From contig OZ237741.1 in NCBI GenBank assembly GCA_965178125.1, positions 1-64,000 on the forward strand: a stretch of DNA of 64,000 nt, in the 5' to 3' direction. The notes under the pieces were generated by a model that had not been told where the DNA came from, did not search any database, and saw only the letters and a program-made list of their open reading frames with translations. Positions 48,001 to 60,553 of the stretch are shown here, piece after piece. The position numbers and the translations under genes were made by a program. This DNA is from Bilabrum cf. latius (taxonomy: Eukaryota). The first letter of the stretch is position 1, and every line of letters starts with the position of its first letter.

Positions 48001-49919
48001 TTGAATGCGTTGATCTTGGCGTCCTTGGACTCGACGAAGGGAGAGCGGTACAGCTCGTTGTTCATCACGATCTCGGCGATGGTCATACGGTTCTGCGTGA
48101 GCGTGCCCGTCTTGTCGGAGCAGATGCACGTGGTGGACCCCAGGGTCTCCACGCCCTCCATGTTCTTGACCAGCACGTTCTTCTCCGCCATGGCCTGCGA
48201 GGTCAGGGCCAGCGCCACCGTCACAGTGGCCAGCAGTCCCTCGGGCACGTTTGCCACGATGATGCCGATCATGAACACGAGGTTGCTGATGATGTCGGTG
48301 CCCAGCGCGGCCCCGATGATGAAGAAGGTCACGCCCAGGAAGATGGCCACGGCCGACACGATGCTGATGAAGTGGTGGATCTCCTTGTTGATGGGGGTCT
48401 GCTTGTCGTCCGTCTGCTGGGTCAGCAGCGCGATCTTGCCGATGAAGGTGTCGTCGCCCGTGTAGAGCACCACGCCCACGGCGTCGCCCTCGGCCACGTC
48501 GGTCCCGAAGAAGGCCATGTTGATGGCCTCCTTGGCATCATCGCGCTTCTCCTGCTCGGCCTTGCGAGTGAGCGTATCCGACTCGCCCGTCAGGGGGGCG
48601 TTGTTCACCTTGAAGTCGTTGGTCCACAGCAGGCGCACGTCGGCGGGCACCTTGTCACCGGTCCGCAGGTAGATCACGTCACCGCGGATCAGGAACCGCG
48701 TATCGAACTTGGGCTCCGTGGGCACGTTGGGCTTGCCGTCCCTCTCGATCTGAGAGGAAGCCACCCCGTCCGCGACCTCCCTGGTGGTCCAGGGGGCCCT
48801 GTCGGTGGCCACGCGCACCTCGTTGGCCATGAGCTTGGAGAACTGGGCCATCAGGTTGGCCGACTGGGCGTTCTGGGAGAACGAGAAGATGCCCGTCACG
48901 AGCACCACCACGGCCAGCACGATACCCAGGTACAGCTGCGAGGGAACGAGTCGAGTGGGAAGAGAGCGCAACGGTTGAGGATGTTGACCAGACACGAGCA
49001 CCAATCCGTGGATCATGGATACGATCTTACGTTGTCGTAATCTTGACGAAGACCAAATCCAATGAAGCACAGCAGCGAGCCGCCCCAGAGCAGCAGCGCG
49101 AAGAAGCCTGTCAGCTCCTTGATGAAGGCCCACACCCAGTGCTCCTCGCCTACCTGAGACAACTGGTTCAAGTGTGCCTCATCGAATTCGTAAGTGGCAG
49201 CCTTCCGCTACTTCCACGAAACAACTACGCGGTCAGTCATGTCCCCCTTCTTGTCCATCTGTGAAACTTGGCAAGGTGGCAGGCTCAAATTCACGAAGTC
49301 TCCGCGTAGCAAGCGAACGGACACGGCGATAGGCCTTGTCCACGGAGATACATTGGCACATTGCTGTTCCAAATCACTGAGGTGCAGAACATGATACTAT
49401 ATGCGCATGAATACCACAGGCGCTGCTCTGTAGAGTGCTCACCTGGAACGAATAGTTGGGGATCCCGGTGCCGTACTCCGTTTGGCCAACGGTTTTGTCC
49501 TGATCACGGAAATCCCTCTTCAGGACTTCTTCCAGCTCCTAGTATGTGAGTTTATGCTCCTGTGATGGAAGGCGAGCGCATTGAAATGGCAAGGCAGGTG
49601 CGAGGGCAACAACGGAAATGACGTCGCGAGGCGCCTACTGCAAAATCGCCTCACCATCGTGTCATACTTGACCTTTGACAGCCTCTCCTTCTCAGCATCC
49701 GCAGAGTCATCTGCAGGTAGAAGGATTATGGGGCGTTCATAGCAGTAGTACGGCGATACATGCACCCCAGAGCTTGCAGCGATACGGGCGCGTGCGCGAC
49801 TATATAACGACCTCACCCTCGCTGGCATTCTGGGCAGATCTGCGCGCTTCACGGCGCAAATTCCTTGTAAGCCGGGGGTCTCGCTTGGCGAGAACGGCCT
49901 CATCCTCAGTAGAGGACAT
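45069..49919 (-). CDS. P-type IIC ATPase (Na+/K+-ATPase alpha-like), several 5' introns
   Basis: TGES, VANVPEGLL, CSDKTGTLTQNRM, MVTGDHPKTA, TGDGVNDAPALK, DLGTDMVPAIS and C-terminal TYY. One in-frame TAG at 47223; ends TGA. Confidence 0.95.
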
Positions 49920-50086
49920 CTTCACGGGCAACGAGCACCCGATCACTGGGGCTCCTGGCGCTCGTCAACTCTTATTTATAAATTAACGCAACTTAAGTTT
50001 GTAAAGTGCGTATTCAAAATACAGACTGGCTGGCTGCGGATGCGAACTGCTACGATTGGTTCTGTAGGTAGAATTCTTGTACAAAC

Positions 50087-51546
50087 ATGCAGGTCAATTT
50101 GCTAAGACCGCTAGGTAGAATAGCTCGAACGCTTGGGCTCGCAATTCATAGGGCAGGGCTCGCTTTGCAAGGATCTGAAGGGTATGCGGAGCGATGTGAG
50201 TGCTATGCGTCAATTACAGTTCCCAGGGATGCGATTAGTTTGTCCTCAGTGGTAATTTTTAGCAAAAACCTCGTAAAATATTGTACTTTGCGCAGTGGTC
50301 CCGTCTACGCGCGTTGTGACGCACGGGGGTAAGTCCCTGGAGACAGGCTACACGGCGTATGTAGCCCGAAGCGCCGCAGTCATCGGGGATGTCACTCTCA
50401 AAGAGGGAGCTACTGTTTGGTATGGCACCACAGTTAGGGGAGATCGGTCCAGCGTCGTAGTAGGCACTGGCTCTTCGGTGTTGGATGGGGTTAGCGTTTC
50501 GACGACAGCCGGCAAGGTTGTGATTGGAGACTCTGTTACAATCGGTAAGACGAGCACAATCCTACGAATTTCTCCTTCAGCATTCGGATTTCTAAGCTCT
50601 TTGCATCGCGTGTGCCCCCTTACCTCACCACTGCACCGCAGCCCCGGGTTCCCACCTGGACTCTTGCGTGATTGAGGATGGCGCTATGGTGGGCATGGGG
50701 GCCAGAGTGCTCGCGGGGGCAGTCGTTGGAAAGGATTCGTACATTGATGCCGGGGCAGTGGTGGGCCCCGGAGAGGTGGTGCCCGGAGGCTCCTTGTGGA
50801 CGGGCAACCCAGCCAAGGAGCTGCGCAAGCTGACGGTGGACGAGATGTCCTTCCTGCGGAACCAGGCCGCCGTATATGCCGAGCTGGCCGTGGAGCACAT
50901 GAAGGAGGAGAGCAAGGGGGCGGACGACGTCCTGGAGGACGAGCTGGTGGTCGAGTTCAAGCGCAGGGCGGGCATGCCCTTGTCGAGGCCCCTAGAGGAC
51001 GAGACGGACGAGTACAAGGCTGCCCTCGAGTACAAGGGCATGATGCAGATGCCCAAGGACACTGGGCTGTTCAGGGAGGTCGAGTACGACGACGACGGCA
51101 TGCGGGCCCAGCTGCAGGCGGAGGCCATTGCCGCGGACCAAGACGAGGAGCAGTTCTTCGACCACGCCATGCGCTTCCAGAAGGTCGCCGCTCTGTTTGA
51201 GACATTGGCACGCATCCCTGGAGACAGGGCTGGGGAGAGGGAGGCCTACATCGGCGAGCTGGATGCCAGGGACGAGGTGGCGGCTGCGTACGCGCAGGAT
51301 GTGCTGCGTCGGTGCCTCGAGGCGGAGGGCGACGAGGCCAAGCAGGTGGCCATGGAGCGGGAACTGGCCATGTTGGACCCGAGAAAGGCCACCAAGCACA
51401 GCTTTAGCGCATCTGAGGAAAGAGTAGCGCTTGCGGCACACGCCAAAGATGCTGGCATGCTGGCGGAGGGCGAGGGGGCCGCCAGCGCTTCGCAAATCCC
51501 AGCCTCAAGCAGCAGCGGAGCTGCTGCTGAGGTGACGAGGCAGTGA
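50087..51546 (+). CDS. Gamma-carbonic-anhydrase-like protein (left-handed beta-helix; mitochondrial complex I type), 2 introns
   Basis: SAAVIGDV, VWYGTTVRGD, CVIEDGAMVGMGA, LWTGNPAKELRKL; amphipathic N-terminus. Confidence 0.88.
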
Positions 51547-51925
51547 CGTCGATTTCCACTCTATGCCACATAAACCGTAAATGTCTGCCTTCTAGACTGG
51601 GTACTACTGGTAGCCGTTGCGACCATCCTGTGCTAGAGTTCCGTCGTGGCGTCTGGCAGAGTACCAAACGAGGACGAGTGCCCAGCAGTGTACTGCCAGT
51701 TCATCTCTTGATAAAGACTAGTAGTTTACTAATCCCCTCTTGTAAGTCAAAATTCAGCCGACCTGCCACCGGCAGCTCTAGATATAGAGGATTTGTGAAA
51801 TCCGGTCGTTCTGCGCTGACAACATGCTCCATTTCCCTGAAAATCAGCGAAAACACTCAAGTACGGATTAGCGCAAGACCTTTGAAAGCTTTCGTAGACA
51901 CGGGTATTTGTTGGTAGCTGTGGAA

Positions 51926-53041
51926 ATGCAAGGGGATGGGCCCCAAGGGAATGATGATTAGGGCGATGTAGTCATGGAGGAAGAAATGGACAGGGAGTAT
52001 GAGCCTACGCAGCAAGAAATCAAAGAGTATGCAAAATTTTTAGGAATGGACCCGGAAAGCGATGAGGACAAGGAATTGCTGTGGATCGCGAAGCAGGGAC
52101 TAAAAGCACCACTTCCTCCCGATTGGAAGCCGGTGAAGTGCAAGGACACAGGAGATTTTTACTACTTCAACTTCAAAACAGGGGAGAGCACGTGGGATCA
52201 CCCGGTGGATGAATACTTTAGGTCGCTGTTCAAAGAGCACAAGAGCAAGGGTGGCCAGAACGGCGGGAAGGCGGAAGGTGCGGGTAGTGCTCGGGCAGGC
52301 GCGGAGGCGGCAGGTGCAGGTGCAGGTGCAGGCGCGGAGGCGGCAGGTGCAGGTGCAGGTGCAGGCGCGGAGGCGGCAGGTGCAGGTGCAGGTGCAGGTG
52401 CAGGAGCAGGTGCAGGTGCAGGTGCAGGTGCAGGTGCAGGTGCAGGTGCAGGTGCAGGCGCGGAGGCGGCAGGTGCAGGTGCAGGTGCAGGCGCGGAGGC
52501 GGCAGGTGCAGGTGCAGGTGCAGGCGCGGAGGCGGCAGGTGCAGGTGCAGGTGCAGGTGCAGGTGCAGGTGCAGGTGCAGGTGCAGGTGCAGGTGCAGGT
52601 GCAGGTGCAGGTGCAGGTGCAGGTGCAGGTGCAGGTGCAGGTGCAGGTGCAGGTGCAGGTGCAGGTGCAGGTGCAGGTGCAGGTGCAGGTGCAGGTGCAG
52701 GTGCAGGTGCAGGTGCAGGTGCAGGTGCAGGTGCAGGTGCAGGTGCAGGTGCAGGTGCAGGCGCGAAGGCGGCAGGTGCAGGTGCAGGTGCAGGCACAGG
52801 CGCGGAGGCGGCAGGTGCAGGCGTAGGCGTAGGTGCAGGTGCAGGTGCAGGTGCAGGTGCAGGTGCAGGTGCATCTAGACGTGGATCGGGTGGATGTGAG
52901 GCAGATTCAGGCTAGGGTAGCCGAGGCGGTGGGGATGGAGATGCAGCTGGTGTCTCGGGCGGGGGGCTACACAGGACTGACACAGCAGCCACCGCTAATG
53001 GGATGGATGCTGATGACATTGGCTGGGCCATGCTAGTGTGA
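51926..53041 (+). CDS. Short CEP164-like WW-domain protein with a long poly(Gly-Ala) tract
   Basis: YEPTQQEIKEYAKFLGMDP..LLWIAKQGLKAPLPPDWKP..YYFNFKTGESTWDHP; in-frame TAG at 51959 and 52913; ends TGA. Confidence 0.75.
52296..52873. repeat. (GCAGGT)n hexamer array with GCGGAGGCG interruptions, coding poly-GA
   Basis: Directly visible. Confidence 0.95.
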
Positions 53042-53457
53042 TGCCATGGTCCTTCACGAGTGCAGTTATTGTGTGCTCATCTGGCAGGCATTTGAGCCTC
53101 CTAGGTCATGAAAAAACGCGGGACGTGCACCCCAACTGGGTCGTATCGCATCTCTCGAACCGTGTACAAGATAGTGTGATGTGCTCGATGCGCTCCGGAA
53201 TGGGTCGCGTAGGGCCACTGGCCTATGTTGCCCTGTACATGAGACGTGGGCCGAAACTGAACCGTAGAGGCGCTGCCGCCGAGAGTATCTACAGGTCTTG
53301 TCTAATGCTGATAAGAAGCACGCATGTTTGCTGGCATCTGGGCCAACGCTGGCCAGTCGCCGGCGGGTATCCCTCGAACGGACCATGATGACGAGTGGCC
53401 CTTGCCGTTGATCAAAGTGAAGCTATCCCCATCTAAACGAGAGTGATCTTGCCCAAA

Positions 53458-56400
53458 ATGGCGGAAGTTGACGGATAGGTTGTTTTAGAGGAAGAAATTG
53501 ATCCTGATTATGAGCCGACGGCTGACGAAGTAAGAGATTACGCCGAATGGCTTGGCATGGACCCAGACGAAGACAAAGAGTTGCTTTGGATTGCTCGGGA
53601 GGGCCTGAAGGTGAGCACTGCGAGATAGAAATTCAAGATTTTATTATAAGACTTAACACATAGTGACTTCCACGATGATGCACTATCGTATCGCAGGCCC
53701 CACTTCCCGACGACTGGAAACCGTGCAAAAATAGCAATACTGACGAAATTTACTACTATAACTTTAGAACCGGGGAGAGTGAATGGGATCATCCATGTGA
53801 CCAGTATTATAAGGCGCAGTACAAGAAGCACAAGGCGCAACTTGCTGCCAAGCAGAGTAGAAACAGTGATGGGCAGAAGCGAGAGCGCGAAGAAATGCGA
53901 GAAATTCTAAGCTCTCAGCGAATTAGAAAGGCGCCCGAGCCTGTGCGCACAACCGATAGTGAAACCGCTGGCAAGAAATCGTCGACACCGACTAGATCTC
54001 GTGCTAATTCTAAGGAGAGGGGCAGTAGGGCTCCGTTGGGCAGCATCAGCGAAAGCAGCAGCCCTGCGGCCCGAGGCTCCGGATCTACCCCTCTCGCCCC
54101 ACTCGGGTCACTGGGCGGGGGTTCGCTGTCCCGACACGGAGCATCCGGTGCGCTGCCTCCCCTGGGTGGAACCTCTGGTTCGAAGGCCAAGCCAGTGCTG
54201 GGCCAGCTGCCTCCAGTCAGCGCCAAGGGAGCATCCACTGGCAGGCAGATCGAGCAGGGCAGAGCCAAGGACAAGGACAGGGACAAGAGCAGGGACAGGG
54301 ACAGGGACAAAGATAGCGCTAGAGGGAAGGATGCCAGCTAGCACAAGAGGAGTCACAAGAGTGGACCTGTCGGCAAGCGAAGAGACAGAGACAGGCCGGG
54401 GAGTGACAGCGACACCGATGACAGCGGTGGAGGCTCGGGGCAGAGGGGTGGCGATGAGGCCGACGACGGGGTGCAGGCAGTGGTGGCACGCGCTCAAGCC
54501 ATGGACAGAAGGGAGCAGGGGCCCACTAGAGATGAAAGCGAACGGAAGCAAGCAGTCCTGTCCCAGGAGCTCCAAGCTAAGCTGGAGGGGATGCGGCGGG
54601 AGTGGGCGGAGAGGGAGGTCGAGGAGGAAAGTACGGCAAGGAGGAGACTGGAGGAGCTGCGGCTTGACCAGAGGAAAAAGCTAGCCGATGAGGAGGAAGA
54701 GGGGAGAAGGCGGCTGCATGAGGCGCGGGAGGATTGGGAGCACAAGGTGGACGAGGCGAAGGAGAAGGGGCGCGAGAAGCTTGACAAGGAGCTGTCGCTC
54801 GCCAGTGAACGGCTGGAAAAGGCAGCGGAGCAGTCGAGGGACCGCATGGACAAGATGCGGGCTGAGTGGGACGAGAGGGAGGAAAAGGCGAGAGAAGCAG
54901 CAAAGCGGCGCGCTGACGAGCAGCAGCACAAGGAAGAGGAGGCTAAACAGGCCGTGGAGCGGCTGGGCAAGGAGCAACGCGAGGCCGAGCAGAAATGCCG
55001 GTAGGCGAGCGAAGAGGCCAAGCGTTTCGAGAAGGAAGCGGCTGCGAGCGAGCAGAAATTGGAAGAGATCAGGGGCGTGGTGAAAGCTGCGCAGGTGGAG
55101 GCAGAGTAGGCCAAGGAGGAGGCAGAGCGGGCGCGGGAGGAGGCTCGCATTGAGAGGGCCAATGCCGCCGCGCCCGCAGTAGAGCCTGCGGTTTCATCGA
55201 AGTTGCTGCAGCAGATTTCAGACTAGGCCGCCAAGATCGATGAGCAGGCGAAGCAGATCGACGAGCAGACCACCAAGATCGATGAGCAGGCGAAGCAGAT
55301 CGACGAGCAGACCACCAAGATCGATGAGCAGGCGAAGCAGATCGACGAGCAGACCACCAAGATCGATGAGCAGGCGAAGCAGATCGACGAGCAGACCACC
55401 AAGATCGATGAGTAGGCGAAGCAGATCGACGCGCATACCACCAAGATCGATGAGTAGGCGAAGCAGATCGATGAGCAGACCGCCACGATCGATAAGCATT
55501 GCAGCATCATTGATGCACTGCAGCGAGCAGCAGGCGAGCAGGACACCTCGGTGCATGAATTGTAGAGCCAACAGACTTCCATTAGTGCTGAGCACAAGGC
55601 TGCTGTGGACGAGGCTGATAGACTGCGCGACGAGGTGGCCGGGCTACGGGAGGAGCTGGCCCAAAAGGTGGCCCAAGAGGCTGCGGTGAGAGAGCTTACG
55701 GCCCGTGAGTCTACTCTGCAGACCAAGGAGCGGGAGGTGCAGGCCCGTGAGTCTACTCTGCAGACCAAGGAGCGGGAGGTGCAGGCCCGTGAGTCTACTC
55801 TGCAGACCAAGGAGCGGGAGGTGCAGGCCCGTGAGTCTACTCTGCAGACCAAGGAGCGGGAGGTGCAGGCCCGTGAGTCTACTCTGCAGACCAAGGAGCG
55901 GGAGGCGCAGGCCCGTGAGTCTACTCTGCAGACCAAGGAGCGGGAGGTGCAGGCCCGTGAGTCTACTCTGCAGACCAAGGAGCGGGAGGTGCAGGCCCGT
56001 GAGTCTACTCTGCAGACCAAGGAGCGGGAGGTGCAGGCCCGTGAGTCTACTCTGCAGACCAAGGAGCGGGAGGTGCAGGCCACCCCATCGCTTGCAAGCT
56101 CTGATGAAACGAACGAGCTGCGAGCCAAACTGGCTGCCACAGAGGCGAGGGCGGCTTCGGCATCTGCGAGGCTGTCCGAGGCGAATGCAGCTGCCGCCAA
56201 GGCGCAGTAGAGTCAGCAGCGCACCATTGACAGGCTTCAGTAGGACCTGGGTACCGCATCAGAGGCTCGCTCTAGGCTGAAGCAGCAGCTGGAGCAGGCC
56301 AGCCGTGAGGTGGAGGATCTGCAGCAGCGCGTGGACGCTGCCTCGGCTTAGACCGACTCTGCCACTAGCAGCGCAAGCCAGGACAAGGACCAGGGCCAGA

Positions 56401-58709
56401 AAGAGCTAGAGAGCGAGGTGCGTACTCTCAAGCTGTAGCTGGAAGACGCCCGCACGGATGCAGATGCGGCCAACGACCAGCTCAACATGCTGCGGCGAGA
56501 GACTAGGCGGCTGGAGGACGAGCTCGAGGCCGCAGAGCAGAGAGCCGACCGGGCCGGACAGGCCAGCTCAGAGGACAAGAGCGCCACTGAAGCGGCGCTC
56601 AAGGAGGCGAAGGAGGAGGCGTCCTAGGCGGCTGCACGGGCCGCCGCGGCTGAGTCTGCCCTGCAGCGGGAGCAAGGTCGCGCAGGGGCAGCCCACGATC
56701 GGCTCCAGAAGGAGGAGGAGCACGTCGGTACTCTGCAGCTGGAGATACGGCGGCTTGAGAGGCAGCTGAAAGAGGCTGCACCATCGAATGTGCCCCAGGG
56801 CGTGGCGCCCCCAGAGAGACAGGCTCAGGCCACACCCGTGTGGTCACCTCGAGGCAAGCGAGCTGGCACTGCAGAGGAGTCCAAGTCACCCGATGCCGTG
56901 GAGAAGCTCATGGAGCGCATGTCCCGCACCGGGGCTCCCTGGCAGTGGCCCTCTTGGCGTCTGGACGCGCTGGTGCGGTGCAGCCGGGAGGAGCACCTCG
57001 TGGACAGGGCGGGGGCCTGGCTGCAGAAGGAGCAGCGGGCCTACTCGCGGGTCAGGGAGGCCTTCGTGGCGGCGAGGGACGACTGGAGGCACCGACGGAG
57101 GGTGCTACAGTCCGCTGCACCCTCAATGGGCCCAACTGCGAGCGCGGGTGCAACCTCCCGGGCACAGGCAGAGGGCGCCGAGCTCAACGTGCTGACGGAT
57201 CGCTTGAACGCACGGCTCTACCGGCTGCGAGCGATCAAGTCGTGGACGCAGTCGGCCACCGAGACCGTGTATGGCTTGCGGGCCGCGTGCCATGACCAGT
57301 AGTGGGAGGGGCAGAGTGGCTCGGGCGAGGGGACCTCCCAGGAGCACTGGGGTCCTAGCGACGGAGGCAAGTGGGCTGCTGCCGGGGCGACTCCTCAAGC
57401 CAGGACCAGCGGCAGGGCAGGCGACCTGCGGACCGTGTCTCCGCCCAGCCGGCCCCGTGGCCTCCATGGCACAGACGAGCGAGCAGGCCCCTCCGGCTCC
57501 ACCTCCTCGGAGGGCAGTTCCTCCGTCGTTCCCTCGTGGGCTCCCTGGGCGGCAGCCTGGCTGTATCGCCTGGATGAGGCCCTGAGTGACCTGAGCAGCA
57601 CGGCGGCGAGGTCTGCAGCCGAGTGCCAGGACAAGCACGGGCATCCTGGCTTCAAGCACCTCGGCCGGCTGGCAGGGATGGTGGGCCCGGTGTCCCCCAG
57701 CCTGGAGTGGTGCGTGCCCTTCTTGGCCGAGGACGATGCAGAGCACGAGCAGCTGCAACCGCTTGACACAGGTATTGAGAGAGCAGTCGGCAGTGGGGCA
57801 GGTAATCCAGGAGCAGAAGTTGATGCCGTAGATGGCCCAGCGACTGGTCTCAGAGACAACGGGGCGCTTGGTATAGGCGGGAGTGGTGCAAGCTCAGCTG
57901 GAGCCGCATCGCAAAGCGAGGTCCTGCGGTAGTTGCTGGCTTCCGGGCTGGTGGTGCTGCACCCTTCTCTTGCCGGTGGTGGTCGTAGTGGGGCAACCAC
58001 ACAGCAAGCCCAAGCTGTACGCAGCGATGCGGGGGCACCGCACCCTCGCCCCCCCACGCATGACCAGGGGTCTGGTCAGCACAGCCCCCATCTGCACTGG
58101 ATACACCCTCAGCACACGCAGCACCAGCACGCCCCGCAGCGAGGCCAGAGTCACCCCTATGGGCACGCTTCCGTTGGATACGGGTTCCAGCCGACCGCGG
58201 CCCATCCCCCTGTTGTGCCTCACGGTATAGCTGCAGCGTTGGCGGCAGCCACAGGGGGCCAACACGGCCACACTGCCGTGCCCCCACCGGCACTCCCACC
58301 GCGGGGCCGCAGACAGGACGACTTCGATGGTGGCCATCCCGGCTCTGGCTCTGCTCCCGAAGTTGGAAAGTCCCCGCCTCGGTCAACGTCCCCGCTGGAG
58401 CTGCGGCCCACCACCGGAGCGGAGAGGGCTGTTTCCCAGGGCCACGGCAGGGGCAAGGGGCAAGTCGGGGTGGATCTGTCCAAGGGGTCCCCAAGCAGGG
58501 ACTCAGCACGGCGGGTCCTAGCCTCCCACGGGCGTTGGCTGGCCCGCGTGCGGTCCAAGCTGGAGCTGCACGAGGCCACGAGGGCAAAGGGCAGGGCAGG
58601 TGAGAGTGCGGGCAGCAGTGCCCGGGCGCGAAAGAGGGAGAGGGCTCTCCTCCGAAGGGTGGGGGCCGAGCTGTAGGGGGGCGAGGTGGTGCTCAACAAA
58701 AGGGGGTGA
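53458..58709 (+). CDS. CEP164: CEP164-like centriolar protein, WW domain plus long coiled coil, ~1721 aa; intron 53611-53696 (needs TAG=Gln)
   Basis: G[TAG]VVLEEEIDPDYEPT..WIAREGLK|APLPDDWKPC..YYYNFRTGESEWDHPCD. One frame to TGA 58707 with many TAGs. 42-bp coding repeats at ~55233-55480 and ~55701-56080. Confidence 0.8.
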
Positions 58710-58818
58710 CACTAGATCTAGCGAGGGTGGGGTCGGGTGGGCTGGGGTGGTATCTTGGTGTGCATCTCATGATCTGGGGATCTGATCCAGTATCTGAATA
58801 CACAGAGTGTCATGCAAT

Positions 58819-60359
58819 TCACGTTCGCCTCTTCTTCTTCCTGGGCTTGGATTCTTCCTCCTCCTCCTCATCCTCCTCCTCGCCACCATCGTCCGTGTCC
58901 TCGATGGCCTCGTCCTCATCCGCAGAGCTCTCGTCCTCATCGGAGGAAGCAGCACCCGCCCCTGATGCGGCTGCTCGCCGAGACCTGCCCCCACCCTTCC
59001 CCCTCCCCTTGCCCTTGCCCTTCCCCGCCGCAGCCGCCCTGCCTCCCCTCCTGTTCTCATCCAGCTCCTTGGGGTGCGCCTTGCACCAAGCCACTCCGTC
59101 GGCGGTCTGGTCCCGGTTGCCCCTGTGCCTCAGCAGCGGCGCCTTAAGGCCCTCCTTCTCCACGAGGCTCCTCCAGGCCACCTGATCCAGCGCCAGGATG
59201 GACTGCAGCGCCTGCTGAGAGGCCGTGTCGATCTCGGCCAGGCCGCCCTGGTTGGTCTTCTGCGCGTAAATGACCGGCCTGCCGCTGGGCGCGATCTCAA
59301 CGAGGGCCCTTCCCTCCTTGATCAGAAAGGAGAAGTAGAAGAGGTTCTCGATCGTCTGGGAGAAGGACCACGGGTTCACAAGGGCCCCCACGAGGTCCAG
59401 CCTGCGCTCCCTTCGCTTGGGGTTGTCCGGGGTGGGCCGCAGGTCCATCACCTCGGTCTGGCGGAGGGCGTCCTCCAGCTGCTCGGCAATCTCCAGGTGT
59501 CGCCGTGCACCCGCCGCCTCTGCCTCCTCCACGTCATTCTCCGCCTCGAGGGTGAGCTTCTGGCCAGGGCCGTCACCCTTGGGGAGGCGCGGCCTTCTGA
59601 TCGAAGACCGCTGCTTCACGAGGTCCGTGCGCTGTGCCGCGGATCGAGCAAAGGTGCACATGGGAGGAGAGCGCCACAGGCGTCCCGAGACACGTCCAAT
59701 GCGGGACCAGTCCAGACCTTCACCGTCTTCGGACGGAAAGTGCTTCCTGAATCCAGCCACGAGGGCCGGCACGGAAAGCTGCGGGCCAAAATGGAGGATG
59801 ACACAATCATCGCCGGATCAACAACGTTGATATACCCAAAAAATACAACAGCGATGCTTCAAAGGGACTTACGATTGCTGCGTACGATCGCATGCCAGCG
59901 ACCGATTTGGACAAGCAGTCCGAAGCAAGGTCCGCCGCCTCTGTATCCAAAACGCCAGCTCTCATGGACTTAACTGCAATATTTCATAGATAATTTAGAA
60001 CAGTTTGAGCTAGGTGGAGGTGAGATTGATGACTTGCAAGTGACCAGCAAGGGCGGCAAGAGCGCTTACTCTGTTTCGACTTGACCCTCCCATCAACCCG
60101 TGTGACAACTTTCTCCAGCTTATGAATGTTTCTAATATCGCTCAACTCTTCCCTATCCTCTGCGTCGATATATTGCCGAAGGAACGGTAGGAAAGTACTC
60201 GCGCACTTGCCTGAGCATGAATTCGAAATATCATCTTGTTTGACACATCTCACTTGTCAAAATACCAATATCCTTGAAAATGGCCTTTCTGGTCGCTCTT
60301 TCATCATATTCTTCATCAACTGCAACGGTTTTAGCGCTCTTCTTTCCCTTGCGCGGCAT
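58819..60359 (-). CDS. NSE4: SMC5/6 complex kleisin NSE4/EID3-like, with 5' introns
   Basis: LDWSRIG and LVNPWSFSQTIENLFYFSFLIKEGRA motifs; ends TGA. Confidence 0.85.
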
Positions 60360-60553
60360 GGTGGGGCGCTTTTTGTGTCGTGCGAGCAACACGACGGATG
60401 GGCGGCATGACGAGTGAGCTGCAGCGAACCAGGCCGTGACCGTTTCAAGCACGATTGGGCGGAAATGTGTTGGTTCAAACCCCAAAATACCAATTTTGTA
60501 GCTTCTGAAGACTTCAGCCGCTCGAAATCCCGATTGTGTAATTCTACATTGTA

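Noticed and set aside
45339-49040. 1233-aa plus-strand ORF
   Set aside because: Antisense shadow of the GC3-rich ATPase gene; the same applies to most overlapping ORFs in the track.
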